Below are positions 1-10,417 of a DNA stretch of 64,000 nucleotides, piece after piece; position 1 is the stretch's first letter, and each line of letters starts with the position of its first letter. Source of the DNA: a bacterium (GTDB lineage: Bacteria; UBA8248; JACPRG01; G963555815); NCBI GenBank assembly GCA_965261595.1, contig CBDHDG010000003.1, forward strand, positions 276,947-340,946, written 5' to 3'. A model generated the notes under the pieces. That model worked only from the letters and a program-made list of their open reading frames with translations. It had not been told where the DNA came from and did no database searches. A program made the translations under genes and the position numbers.

Positions 1-57
1 GGTGCCCGGCGAAGCAGGTCTTCCGTGCGGTCCATCACGAGCCGGTCCACGTTTCGG

Positions 58-350
58 TCACTCCAAGATCACAATCTCCTCTATCTCCACAAGGGCGTCA
101 GGGTCCGCCAGGCGAGACACCCCGACCGTGGTGCTGGGGATGGGCTCCGAGACGAAGTATTCCTGCCTGACCTCCCCGACGGCGGCCAACTGGTTATCGA
201 TGTCCGTCAGGTAGACGTTGATCTTCACCACGTTGTCGAAGCCGGCCCCGACCGCCTCAAGACACTCCTTGATGTTGTCAAATCCTGACGGGTCTGAGCC
301 AGGATATCTCCCGTCCCAACGAGGTTCCCCTGGGCGTCCCGGCCGGCCAC
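58..350 (-). pseudogene. RidA/YjgF family protein, 5'-truncated and frameshifted
   Basis: The C-terminal part FDNIKECLEAVGAGFDNVVKINVYLTD...IPSTTVGVSRLADPDALVEIE lies in one frame. The preceding GRDAQGNLVGTGDILAQTRQ lies in another, with the shift near 283. No N-terminus is visible. Confidence 0.7.
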
Positions 351-481
351 GCCCGGTCGAGGGTCCTGGACTCGGTGCGAAGGGATATCCGCGCGGCTGT
401 GGCGAAGGTGATCGATGGGGAACAGGGGTGGGGGGAGGGGGGCTGAATGGCTGCCGTTGAGGGCGACGAGGGCCACCGGGA

Positions 482-676
482 ATGACCAACCTTCCCCCCG
501 GCCTTCTTGACGAGCTCGCGGGTGTTCTTGCGGACGCCCTCATTGCCGATCTGGAGGAGCATCCGGCCCTTGAAGAAAATTCACCGCTCTCCGGGCAGGA
601 TGAATTACAATCGGACGAGGGGCCGGAAAGCGGAAGGCTGCAATTGGTCTCGAACCAGGACGGAGGGAACGTATGA
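482..676 (+). CDS. small hypothetical protein coupled to the recombinase
   Basis: 64-aa ORF whose stop overlaps the recombinase start region; no recognisable motif. Confidence 0.35.
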   Translation: MTNLPPGLLDELAGVLADALIADLEEHPALEENSPLSGQDELQSDEGPESGRLQLVSNQDGGNV

Positions 677-2403
677 AGGTCGCGATTTACGCCCGCAAAT
701 CGACGGAACAAACCGGGGCAGGAGAGGAACAAAAATCCGTTGCCCGGCAGATTCAGCACTCCCGAGAATATGCGGCGGGCAAGGGATGGACAGTCCTTGA
801 TGAGTGCGTCTTTTCGGACGATGGAATCAGCGGGGCCGAATTCCAGAAGCGGCCCGGTTTCCTCCGTCTGATGAACAGCTTGAAGCCACGGCCCCCGTTC
901 CAAGTTCTCGTAATGTCGGAGGAATCGAGGTTGGGGCGCGAGGCCATCGAGACCGGGTACGTATTGAAGCAAATCCTTGACGCGGGAGTGCGCGTTTTTC
1001 ACTACCTGGAGAACCGGGAACGCACGCTCGATTCGGCCATGGATAAGGTGATGCTCAGTCTTGTGAATTTCGCCTCCGAGATGGAAAGAGAACGGGCCAA
1101 GACCCGGACCCATGACGCGCTCCTTGACAGGGCGAAAAGGGGATACGTCACCGGGGGGACGGTGTACGGATACTCGAATCGGGAAATCCTCACGACTGAG
1201 ACGGCGACGGACGGAAGCAGGGAAAGAAGCCATGTTTTGCGGGAGATTCATTCCGAACAGGCAGACACCGTGCGCCGGATATTTGGACTTTACGTTGACG
1301 GTCTGGGGTTCAAGCGAATCGCAAAACGCCTCAACGACGACGGAATCCAACCCCCCGGAAAGCGGTCCACCACATGGGCACCCTCCGCAATCCGGGAAAT
1401 CCTTTTGCGCCCCCCTATACCGGGGTGAAATCGTCTGGAACAAGACGCAGAGAATCGACCGTGCGGGGACCAAGGCGCAAAGAACCCGGCCCGAAAGCGA
1501 GTGGGTGAGGTTCACCAGGGCGGAACTTCGAATCCTACCCGATGCCCTTTGGGAACGCGCCCAGGAGGTTCTTGAGCAGGCCCGCAAGACCCATTACGGA
1601 AAAGAAACGTCGCCAGGCGGAAGGGCTTTCCGGGCTTCCCGCCATCACCACGGGTCGCCCTACCTGTTGACGGGATTCGCCAAATGCACGGAATGCGGAA
1701 GCTCGATCATCTCCGTCTCCCGGAGCCACGGCAAGCAACGCGCCCACTTTTACGGGTGCAGTTATTACCATACCCGAGGGACACCAGCTTGCACGAACGC
1801 CGTTCAAATGCGCCAGGAGATCGTAAACCCCGCCATCATCGAGGCCATAAGCGCACCGCTCAGCCCGGAGATCATTGAGGTATCCATTCAACGGGCGATA
1901 GAGAAAATCCGGGATAGTCAATCAGGCCAGAACGTAGACGCAAAGGCCCTGGAAAAGCGAATCGCAGAAAGCGAGGCCCGGGAAAGGAATCTCATCGAAG
2001 CCGTGAAGCAAGGCGAGGCCCCCCAGGCCCTTTTGCGGCCCTCAGAGACGAAGAGGCCACAAGGGGAAGCCTACAAGCCGAACTGGACCGGCTGGCAAGC
2101 CTTCGCCAGTCCTCATCCCTTGACCTGAAGCGTATCGAAAAGATCATCAGAAGGCGGGTCGAGGATGTCCAAGGAGTGCTCGGACGGCATATCCCCGAAT
2201 CCAGGCGTATCATGAAAACCCTACTCGTCGGACGAATGGAATTCACGCCTATCATTGAAGCGTATACAAGGGGTTACGCATTCAAAGGCAGGGCTTCGCT
2301 TGGCGGCTTGTTGGCGGGAACCGCCCATACCAAAGAGGTTGGTAGCCCCAACGGGAATCGAACCCGTGTTTCTGCCTTGAGAGGGCAGCGTCCTAACCGC
2401 TAG
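673..2403 (+). pseudogene. large serine recombinase (resolvase + recombinase + Zn-ribbon + coiled coil), split by two frameshifts
   Basis: Motifs: MKVAIYARKS (catalytic Ser), DDGISG, SRLGR, GYVTGG..YGY, LYRGEIVW, YLLTGFAKCTECG and YGC..C. Shifts lie at the C-run near 1410 and near 2035. The last frame ends at TAG 2401-2403. Confidence 0.85.
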
Positions 2404-2414
2404 ACGATGGGGCC
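2340..2414 (-). tRNA. tRNA-Glu (CTC)
   Basis: Reverse complement GGCCCCATCGTCTAGCGGTTAGGACGCTGCCCT-CTC-AAGGCAGAAACACGGGTTCGATTCCCGTTGGGGCTACCA folds as a cloverleaf with encoded CCA. Confidence 0.97.
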
Positions 2415-2438
2415 GCGGCGGAGGGGTAGGATTAATTC

Positions 2439-2512
2439 TGGCTGGGGAGCAAGGATTCGAACCTTGGTTTTCTGATCCAGAGTCAGACGTCTTGCCGCTG
2501 GACCACTCCCCA
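2439..2512 (-). tRNA. tRNA-Gln (CTG)
   Basis: Reverse complement TGGGGAGTGGTCCAGCGGCAAGACGTCTGACT-CTG-GATCAGAAAACCAAGGTTCGAATCCTTGCTCCCCAGCCA. Confidence 0.97.
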
Positions 2513-2593
2513 GCCGAAAATGCCCATTAAATGTAACGTTCCCGGCCGGGCCGGTCAACAATTCTTTCGGAAAAAGAGGCCAGTTTCCTCTTG

Positions 2594-4015
2594 TCAATCT
2601 TCCGCTTGGAGGGCGTGCGCGACGGCGCGATCCAGGCGGGCGAGGGTTTCGTCTTTCCCCAGGATCGCCAGCACTTCCGTGATGGGGGGGCTGACGATCA
2701 CGCCCGTCGCGGCGACGCGGGCGGGTTGGGCGACGGCGACGAGCTTGACCCCCTCCGCCTCGACGATCCCTTGAAGCACGCCGTGGATGGCCGCCTCTTC
2801 GAAGTCAGGCAGCTCGGCGAGGAGGGAACGAAGTCTCCCGAGCCGCTCCCCGCTTTCGGCCGTCAGAAACTTGCGCGCGGCCTTTTCGTCGTACTCGAAA
2901 TCGGATCGGTAGAAATACCGCGCCGATCGGGCCAGCTCCTTCAATGTCCGAGAGCGTTCCTGAAGGCTGCGGATGATTTGATGAAGGCGGGCGTCACCCT
3001 CCGGGTCCCGGGGGAACGCGACGCCCACCTCTTCAAGATAGGGCGCCAGGAGGGGGGCCAGTCCGGCCGGGTCCATTTGGTTAATGTGCCGGGAGTTCAC
3101 CCAGAGGAGCTTGTCCAGATCGAAGATGGCCGAGGAAGTCCCGATGGGCCCCAGATCGAAGAGCCGGATGATCTCCTCGCGGGAGAAGATCTCCTGGTCG
3201 CCGTGGGACCATCCCAGGCGGACGAGGTAGTTGATCAGGGCTTCCGGGAGAAATCCGTCGCGCGGGTACTCCTGGACCGACGTCGCCCCGTGGCGCTTGC
3301 TGAGGCGCTTTTTGTCCGGCCCCAGGATCAGCGGGACGTGGGCGAACTCGGGCAGCGCAAGGCCGAGCCCATTGTAGATCATGGCCTGCCGGGGGGTGTT
3401 GGCCAGGTGGTCGTCCCCCCGGATGACGTGGGAGATCCGCATGTCCACGTCATCGACGACGACGACGAAGTTGTACGTCGGCGTCCCGTCGCTGCGGACG
3501 ATGATCATGTCGTCGAGCTGGGCGTTCTCAAACGTCACGTCTCCGCGCAAGAGGTCGCGGATGACGGTCTGCCCTTCCTCGGGAGCGGCGAAGCGAAGGA
3601 CATGGGGAAGGTCCGGTTCGTCCGTCCGGCGGCGGCACCGGCGGTCGTAGCGCGGGGGTTTCTTCTCGGCCCGGGCCCGCTCTCGCATCTCCTCCAGCTC
3701 TTCGGGGGTGCAGTAGCACCGGTAGGCCTTGCCCTCGGCCAGGAGCCGCTCGGCGTTTTCCGTATAGATGGCCTGGCGCTCAGATTGGCGGTGCGGCCCT
3801 TCGTCCCAGTCCACGCCGAGCCAGCCGAGGCCGTCCAGGATCTGGCCGATCGACGCCTCGGTGGACCGCTCCCGGTCGGTGTCCTCGATGCGCAGGATGA
3901 ACGTTCCGCCGTGACGCCGGGCGAAAAACCAATTGAACAACGCCGTGCGGACCCCGCCGATGTGGAGGAACCCCGTCGGGCTGGGGGCGAAGCGGACGCG
4001 GATCTCAGTGCTCAC
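2594..4015 (-). CDS. gltX: glutamate--tRNA ligase
   Basis: IRVRFAPSPTGFLHIGG (HIGH-like), RIEDTD, AYRCYC, RGDDH and KRLSKRHG (KMSKS-like). Directly upstream of tRNA-Gln/tRNA-Glu. Confidence 0.97.
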   Translation of the reverse strand: MSTEIRVRFAPSPTGFLHIGGVRTALFNWFFARRHGGTFILRIEDTDRERSTEASIGQILDGLGWLGVDWDEGPHRQSERQAIYTENAERLLAEGKAYRCYCTPEELEEMRERARAEKKPPRYDRRCRRRTDEPDLPHVLRFAAPEEGQTVIRDLLRGDVTFENAQLDDMIIVRSDGTPTYNFVVVVDDVDMRISHVIRGDDHLANTPRQAMIYNGLGLALPEFAHVPLILGPDKKRLSKRHGATSVQEYPRDGFLPEALINYLVRLGWSHGDQEIFSREEIIRLFDLGPIGTSSAIFDLDKLLWVNSRHINQMDPAGLAPLLAPYLEEVGVAFPRDPEGDARLHQIIRSLQERSRTLKELARSARYFYRSDFEYDEKAARKFLTAESGERLGRLRSLLAELPDFEEAAIHGVLQGIVEAEGVKLVAVAQPARVAATGVIVSPPITEVLAILGKDETLARLDRAVAHALQAED

Positions 4016-4144
4016 TGGGGACTCGTCTCCTTACAGGGAAATTTCATTTTTGCTCCGCGGGAAATGGCCGTTCTTTTTTCGGCGAAAGATTTCTCGCGCC
4101 GCATGTTTCCTTCGCCGGCGCGAGATCCCCCTCAATGTGTCGCC

Positions 4145-5029
4145 CTACAACAAGAACGTCAAGACGGCCGGCGTCGTCACCAGACTGAAGAGCGTCGAGA
4201 TCCACACCGTCGACGCCACGAGCTCGGGGTTTCTGTCGAATTTCTGGGCGAAAATGAAGTTGATGACGGCGGAGGGCATGCTGAAGGCCAGAATGAGGGC
4301 GCCCCGGGGCACGCCCTCGATCCCCAACAGGGCCGTGGCGGCCCATGCGAGAGAGAAGCCGCCCGCGATGCGGAGAAACGCCGCCGCCGAGGCGAGCCGG
4401 TAGGCGGTGAGCTCAACATGGACCAGCCGGTATCCGAGGGAGAAGAGCATAAAGCCGATGCCGGCGTTGCCCATGATCTCGATCGGACGAAAAATGTACA
4501 CGGGGACCTCCCAACCCATCATCGAGACGACGATCCCGGCGATGGCGGTATAGGTCATCGGGAGCTTGAGGGCCTCGCGCGAGTTCTCCGACCCCCGGCT
4601 GATGATGGCGATGCCCAGGGTGTAGTGGGTCAACGCGTTGACCGAGAAGATGATGACGGCGAGCGCCAGGCCCTCCTGTCCGAAGGCGAACAGGCACAGG
4701 GGCATGGACATGTTGCCCGCGTTGGGAAACATGATGGGCAGATACAGCCCCTTGACGTCATCGCGAAAAAACCGCAGGAAAACCGCCGCCAGAACCCACA
4801 TGCCCAGGATGATGACGAACCCCGCGAGGAAGATCAGGCCGAAGGTCTTCGGCGGGAGAACGCTTTTGGAGAGCGCCGCAAAGGCCAAGCATGGCGATCC
4901 GACGTAAACGACCACATCGGTCAGCGTGGTCAGGTCGATCTTCTTGAACCGGCCGAACAGCCACCCCAGGCCGAGGAGGAAAAACACCGGGAAGACGGTC
5001 GAGAACACTTTTGCGGCCAAGATGGACAT
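4145..5029 (-). CDS. AEC (auxin efflux carrier)/malate permease family transporter
   Basis: 294-aa multi-TM protein with FPNAGNMSMPL..FG..GL and MPSAV..FIFA motifs. Confidence 0.85.
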   Translation of the reverse strand: MSILAAKVFSTVFPVFFLLGLGWLFGRFKKIDLTTLTDVVVYVGSPCLAFAALSKSVLPPKTFGLIFLAGFVIILGMWVLAAVFLRFFRDDVKGLYLPIMFPNAGNMSMPLCLFAFGQEGLALAVIIFSVNALTHYTLGIAIISRGSENSREALKLPMTYTAIAGIVVSMMGWEVPVYIFRPIEIMGNAGIGFMLFSLGYRLVHVELTAYRLASAAAFLRIAGGFSLAWAATALLGIEGVPRGALILAFSMPSAVINFIFAQKFDRNPELVASTVWISTLFSLVTTPAVLTFLL

Positions 5030-5325
5030 TCAGCGGCATCCCGCGCTTCGGGGTCGGTGGGAAATGGTGTAGATTGCCGGAGTCGATGGATTCGGCAAAG
5101 GACCGCGAAATCTTACCGCAGGAATTCCGCTCTGGCAAAAGCGGGGCGGATGTCGGTCCGGGTGTCGAGGAGCAAGCCTTCGGCGATTCGGGGGTAGGGG
5201 GAGGGGGGGAGAGACCCGGTGGGCGAGTTTATGGGGAAGGCCGTCGGCGGTGCGCGCGCCGAGACAGGGCGCGGCCGGTTCGTTTGTCACCCCGTTCAGG
5301 CCTCAATCCTCCCGAGGCTCTTCCC

Positions 5326-6573
5326 ATGAATCGGCGCGCCGTTTCGGCCTGGGCCTTTTACGACTTTGCCAACTCCGCCTATCCCACCGTCATCGTAACG
5401 GTCGCCTACAGCATCTATTTCAAGACCGTCGTCGCCGGCGGCGGGAGCGGCGGGGGCGCGGGGGATTTCTACTGGGGGCTCGCGATATCCCTCTCCATGC
5501 TTTTCGTCGCCGCGACCGCCCCGTTCCTCGGCGCCCTGGCCGACGTCTCCGGGGCCAAGAAGACATTCCTCGGGTTCTTCGGCGGGCTTTGCGTCGTTTT
5601 CACCGGTCTCCTCTTTTTCGTCGAGAAGGGGGACGTCCTGACCGGCGTCCTGTTCTTTGTCATCGCCAACATCGGGTTCGAGGCCAGCCTGGTTTTCTAC
5701 AACGCCTTTGTTCCCGAGATCGCCGATCCGGCGGACTATGGAAAAGTTTCCGGGTGTGGCTGGGGGTTCGGGTACGTCGGGGGGCTTCTCTGTCTTCTCT
5801 GGGTCCTGCCCCTGATCCAAGGGGGATTCGCGCCGGAAAACCTCCCCAATTTCAGGATGGCGTTCTTGCGCGTCGCGATTTTCTATGCCGTGTTCTCCAT
5901 CCCGACAATGCTCTGGCTGCGTGAACGAAAGACCGGGGGGGCTCCGGCTGCGTGGCCCGAGCGGATCCGGAAGGGGTGGATTCAGCTCCGCGATACGTTT
6001 CAGCATATCCGCCGCCTCAAGGGCCTTTTTCGGTTTCTGATCGCGTTTCTCCTCTATAACGATGGCATCGCGACGGTCATCGCGTTCAGCGCCATTTTCG
6101 CCGTCGGGACGCTTGGCTTCTCCGTTGCGGATGTGACGGTCCTGTTTATCGCGGTGCAGGCTTCGGCCTGCGTGGGGGCGTTCGCCTTCGGATTCGTCGC
6201 TGATCGGCTGGGCGCGAAGAAGACGATCCTCTATCTCCTCGCGCTTTGGTGCGGGGTGGTCCTCGCCGCCTTTTTCACCCGGACGCAGGCCCAGTACTTC
6301 GCGGTGGCGATGGTGGCGGGGGTGGGACTGGGCTCCGTGCAGTCGGCCAGCCGCAGCTTGATGGCGCTGTTCATTCCGGAGGGCAAAGCCGGGGAGTTTT
6401 ACGGTTTCTACGGTGTGTGCGGGAAGCTGTCCGCGATATTCGGACCGATCACCTTCGGCGCCGTCTCGGCATGGACCGGAAGTCAGCGGGTGGCCGTTCT
6501 ATCCGTGATGGTTTTCTTTTTGGCGGGGATGGCCGTGCTCTGGGGGGTCCGGGTGGAGAAGATGGACGTATAG
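5326..6573 (+). CDS. MFS transporter, UMF1/Atg22-like
   Basis: AWAFYDFANSAYPT, APFLGALAD, FYNAF, GYVGG, LYNDGI and SASRSL..FIP..K.GEFYGFY. Confidence 0.88.
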   Translation: MNRRAVSAWAFYDFANSAYPTVIVTVAYSIYFKTVVAGGGSGGGAGDFYWGLAISLSMLFVAATAPFLGALADVSGAKKTFLGFFGGLCVVFTGLLFFVEKGDVLTGVLFFVIANIGFEASLVFYNAFVPEIADPADYGKVSGCGWGFGYVGGLLCLLWVLPLIQGGFAPENLPNFRMAFLRVAIFYAVFSIPTMLWLRERKTGGAPAAWPERIRKGWIQLRDTFQHIRRLKGLFRFLIAFLLYNDGIATVIAFSAIFAVGTLGFSVADVTVLFIAVQASACVGAFAFGFVADRLGAKKTILYLLALWCGVVLAAFFTRTQAQYFAVAMVAGVGLGSVQSASRSLMALFIPEGKAGEFYGFYGVCGKLSAIFGPITFGAVSAWTGSQRVAVLSVMVFFLAGMAVLWGVRVEKMDV

Positions 6574-6607
6574 TTTGAGACGCCCGGCGGCGGAGCCTCG
6601 TCCCTCT

Positions 6608-8089
6608 TCAGGCCCTATTCTCCTGGATCATTTCCCGCAGGGTGCTCAACAACTCCTCGGTTCCGTACGGTTTTGAAACGACCCCTTTGAACCCGTAATC
6701 CTGATACGCGGACATGATGGGATCGGTCGAGTACCCGCTGGAGACAATGGCCTTGACCTCCGGGTCAAAGGCCAACAACTGTTCGATGGCTTCCCGGCCG
6801 TCCATCCCGTCCCGGACCGTGAGATCCAAGATGACGCCAACGAACGGGTTGGCGGAAAGGCTTGCCTTTTTGTAGGCATCAACGGCTTCGGCCCCAGTCG
6901 AAGCGACCACCACATCGTATCCAAACCGGCCCAGCAGGGTCTTGAGCAAGTTGCGAATCATCTCTTCATCGTCCATGACGAGCACCCGGCCGTTGGGGGG
7001 GGCTTCCGGGTCCGGGGCTTTTCCCTGCTCCGAAACGGGGTTTTCCGAAATGGGCAGGTAAATGTTGAAAGTGGAGCCGACCTTCTCTTTGGATTCCACG
7101 CGGATGCACCCCTCATGTTTTGCGACGATGGAATGGGCGATGGTCAGACCGAGTCCGCTTCCATCGGATTTGGTCGTGAAATACGGATCGAAGATGTTGG
7201 GGAGGTGGTTTTTCGGTATGCCGACTCCGGCGTCGGATACAGCGATCTTGACGTATTTTCCATGTGGAAGAGGCAGGTCATCCCTCGGGCCGAGTGTGCG
7301 GGTCTCTCCGCGGACCCTGACCTTTCCGCCCTGGGGCATCGCGTGATGGGCGTTGAGGATCAGTTGGTGCAGGGCCTGAGTCATCTGTCCATGGTCAATG
7401 TTGATCCGCTCGAGCGAAGAGGCGAGAGAAATGTCGCACGGCAGCTTGGAGTTTCGCGCGGAAAACTCGGCGGCTTCCCGGATGAACCGGTTCGCCTCGA
7501 TGGTCTTTTTGATGGGGGCGCCTCCCCTCGAGAACGTCAGCAGCTGCTGGGTCATGCCCTTTGCGGAAAGGATCGCTTTCTCCGCCGCTGTAATTCGCTC
7601 TTTGGCTTCTTTTTCAAGGCCCGAGGATAATTTCACCAGGGCGAGATTCCCCAAAACCATCGTGAGTATGTTATTGAGATCATGGGCGATCCCGCCGGCA
7701 AGCCGACTGACGGCTTCAAGCTTTTTTGCGCGGAGAACCTCCTCCGCAATCTTGGCCTGGTAAAAGTCATGGGTTTCTTTCAACTCATCCCGCTGTTGGG
7801 AAAGCCACCCCTTCGCCGCCCCGATGTAAAAACCCAGGGCCCCGAGAATCAAGGCGCCCGCAATGGTCATGTCGAGATAGAACGAGGAGTGAGTCCGAAG
7901 CTCATAGAAGAACAAGTCGACCGGGGCCTGGGTTCCCCGGAATACAACGAAAAGTCGGAGCAGGTAGGTTCCAATGGGGACAAAAAGGCCCAGAACCATC
8001 CCGGCGAGCCCGAACAGGATCCTGCGTAAAGTCAGCTTGGGAAACCGAAAACGCCCCCGTTGGGGGTCATCCCGAGTTAGGGCTTTCAT
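6608..8089 (-). CDS. membrane-bound hybrid sensor histidine kinase/response regulator
   Basis: Two TM segments, H-box LAGGIAHDLNNIL, G boxes DAGVG/FDPYFTTK/GSGLGL, and C-terminal receiver VLVMDDE..ILDL..SSGY..KP. Start codon uncertain. Confidence 0.92.
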   Translation of the reverse strand: MKALTRDDPQRGRFRFPKLTLRRILFGLAGMVLGLFVPIGTYLLRLFVVFRGTQAPVDLFFYELRTHSSFYLDMTIAGALILGALGFYIGAAKGWLSQQRDELKETHDFYQAKIAEEVLRAKKLEAVSRLAGGIAHDLNNILTMVLGNLALVKLSSGLEKEAKERITAAEKAILSAKGMTQQLLTFSRGGAPIKKTIEANRFIREAAEFSARNSKLPCDISLASSLERINIDHGQMTQALHQLILNAHHAMPQGGKVRVRGETRTLGPRDDLPLPHGKYVKIAVSDAGVGIPKNHLPNIFDPYFTTKSDGSGLGLTIAHSIVAKHEGCIRVESKEKVGSTFNIYLPISENPVSEQGKAPDPEAPPNGRVLVMDDEEMIRNLLKTLLGRFGYDVVVASTGAEAVDAYKKASLSANPFVGVILDLTVRDGMDGREAIEQLLAFDPEVKAIVSSGYSTDPIMSAYQDYGFKGVVSKPYGTEELLSTLREMIQENRA

Positions 8090-8573
8090 ACGAGCGGATC
8101 CAAACACAATGTAAGCAGGGAAAATTTGACCCAACACGCCATGATGAAGCCAACATTTCCAGAATATATTGTATCCAAGATGCACAGCAATAGACGTGAG
8201 ACCGGGGCGCCCTGTCAATAAAAACGTTTCTAATTAGTAACAGAAGGACTCACCCTTTCCTTTCATCCGATTTTATTGGATTTTTACTGAAACAGGGCGG
8301 CCTCCGGACGGTCCATGTCGGTTTCCATTTTCAAAAATGCTCCCTCATTGTCGCTGATAATCCAAGCCAAGTGGATTTTTCCGCGGAAATCAAACCGCCG
8401 GGCGAGCCCGCGGCGGGGTCATGGTTATGGAGACGTTGGGAGAGTCGGCCCGAAATCAGGATGGTCCTTCCATTTCCATCACCACCGTCATTGAGCCGCG
8501 GGACCGATTAGTGATAACGTCAACAGGTGCATCGCGCGTTCGTGAGGGGGGGGAAAGGAGGAGGGGTAATAAT

Positions 8574-9821
8574 TTGCTTTCTGTCGATGACGCCGGACGG
8601 CAGGCGATTGAAAAGGCCCCCTTTTTGGGATCGGAAAAGGTCGAGGTTCTCGCGGCATTGGGGCGCCCGAGCGCCGAAGACGTCGTTGCGGCCTTCAATC
8701 ATCCCCGGTGGGAAAAGTCCGCCATGGACGGATTCGGTTTCCGGGCGGCCGACACCGCGGGGGCCGCGCCCGGGAGTCCCATCGGGCTGAAGATCACCGA
8801 GACCCTCACCGCCGGGGGCGAGGCCGGCGGGGCGCTCGGCCCGCACGAAGCCGTTCGCATCATGACGGGCGCGGTCATGCCCTCGGGGGCGGACGCCGTC
8901 GTCCCGCTGGAAGAGGCCCGGGCGGAGGAAGGCGTTCTCCAATTTCAGGTCCCGGTCCCCGCCGGCCAGTACGTCCGAAATCCAGGCGACGAGATCCGCG
9001 CGGGCGCGAGACTGCTGGATCGCGGAGAGGAGGTTCGGCCCGGCCACATTGAATCCGTCACGACGATGGGCAGGACCCATCTCGAGGTGGGCCGCAAACC
9101 GTCGGTCGCGGTTTTCTCGACGGGCGATGAAGTGATCGAGCCCGAGGACCACCGAACTGTGGAAGGCGGCTTGGGGCACGGACAGTTTTACTGTTCGATC
9201 AATTACTACATGGCCGCCCTGGTCGAACAGGCGGGGGGATCTCCCCTCCGGATGGGGATCGCCGCCGACACCCGGGAGGCCATCGCGGAGCGGCTCCGCC
9301 GGTGCGCCTACGCCGACGCGGTCATCATCACCGGCGGGACAGGCAAAGGGGACAAAGACCTGGTCGAGCCGGGAATGCGCGAGGCCGGCGCGGCGATGGT
9401 CTTCAAGAATGTAGCGATGTGGCCCGGCACGTATTCCGCCTTCGGCCTTCTGGGCCGCGGCCTGGTGTTCAACGTCCCGGGAAATCCGTCGGCGGCGCAC
9501 ATCTGCTTTGAATTTTTTGTTCGGCCCGCCCTGCGCCGAATGGCCGGATTCCGCCGACCCTTTCGGGAATTGAGACAGGTCCGCCTCGGCGCTGAAGTCC
9601 GCGTCAAGCCTCGGGAGGGCCTGCCGAATTACGTTCGCGGCAGGGTGAAGCACGACCCTTCGGACGGATCTTTGGTGGCGATGCCCTGGAAGTCCGAGCC
9701 TCTCGCTCCATCGAAGATGAACGCCTTCCTGGTGATCCCCGCCGGGGTGGGGGGCGTCGAGAAAGGCGGGCGCGCCGCGGCGGCCCTTTTTTCGCCGCCG
9801 GACGATGAGGCGGACGGCTGA
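8574..9821 (+). CDS. moeA: molybdopterin molybdotransferase MoeA
   Basis: SAMDGF, RIMTGA..P.GADAVV..E, STGDE, ITGG and PGNP motifs. TTG start follows AGGAGG. Confidence 0.88.
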   Translation: MLSVDDAGRQAIEKAPFLGSEKVEVLAALGRPSAEDVVAAFNHPRWEKSAMDGFGFRAADTAGAAPGSPIGLKITETLTAGGEAGGALGPHEAVRIMTGAVMPSGADAVVPLEEARAEEGVLQFQVPVPAGQYVRNPGDEIRAGARLLDRGEEVRPGHIESVTTMGRTHLEVGRKPSVAVFSTGDEVIEPEDHRTVEGGLGHGQFYCSINYYMAALVEQAGGSPLRMGIAADTREAIAERLRRCAYADAVIITGGTGKGDKDLVEPGMREAGAAMVFKNVAMWPGTYSAFGLLGRGLVFNVPGNPSAAHICFEFFVRPALRRMAGFRRPFRELRQVRLGAEVRVKPREGLPNYVRGRVKHDPSDGSLVAMPWKSEPLAPSKMNAFLVIPAGVGGVEKGGRAAAALFSPPDDEADG

Positions 9822-9883
9822 ATTGTGGAAATGAATTCCCGCCTGTTCTATCTTCATGAGGCGGGGGAACCGGAGAAGGGCCT

Positions 9884-10357
9884 GTGTCCGATCAAGTCGA
9901 TGTGGAATCGCGCCTGAGAGAGCTCGGGATCGAGCTTCCGGAGCCTCCCGCGCCGGTGGGCGCTTACGTGGCGGTCAGGAGGTCGGGGCGGCTGCTGTTC
10001 GTCTCCGGGCAGCTCCCCCTGGCGGATGGAAAGCCGCGCTTCCTGGGAAAGGTCGGGGTGGAGTTGAGCGTCGATGAAGGAAAGGCGGCCGCCCGTCTGT
10101 GCGCGATCAATGCGCTGGCTCAAATCCGAAAGGCCCTGGGAGGCTGGGCGGGATTTGGCGGCCTCGTGAGGCTCAGCGGTTACGTTGCCGGCGCGGAGGA
10201 TTTTACCGGCCAGGCGCGGGTGATGGACGGCGCGTCCGACCTCTTTGCCGAAGTCCTGGGCGGAAGGGGGGCGCATGCGCGGCTCGCCATGGGCGGGAGC
10301 GCGTTGCCGCTGGGCGTCCCGGTCGAGATTGAGGTGATTGCCGAGGCGGCCGGCTGA
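9884..10357 (+). CDS. RidA/YjgF family protein
   Basis: RLRELGIELP..P.PVGAY, VSGQLP, GASDLF.EVLG..G.HAR.A.G...LPLGVPVEIE. Confidence 0.9.
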   Translation: MSDQVDVESRLRELGIELPEPPAPVGAYVAVRRSGRLLFVSGQLPLADGKPRFLGKVGVELSVDEGKAAARLCAINALAQIRKALGGWAGFGGLVRLSGYVAGAEDFTGQARVMDGASDLFAEVLGGRGAHARLAMGGSALPLGVPVEIEVIAEAAG

Positions 10358-10417
10358 AGGCCCGCCGGCCGGCGCCCCTGTGTTGAAACATCCCGGAACC
10401 TTCCGGGGGAAACTCCT

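Noticed and set aside
1400..1430. programmed frameshift or phase variation in the recombinase C-run
   Set aside because: A second independent frameshift near 2035 makes decay or sequencing error more parsimonious.
58..1587. 509-aa - strand ORF
   Set aside because: Mostly antisense to the recombinase; only the last ~75 aa (RidA) are real.
2591..5197. 868-aa + strand ORF
   Set aside because: Antisense shadow of gltX and the AEC transporter in high-GC DNA; no motifs.
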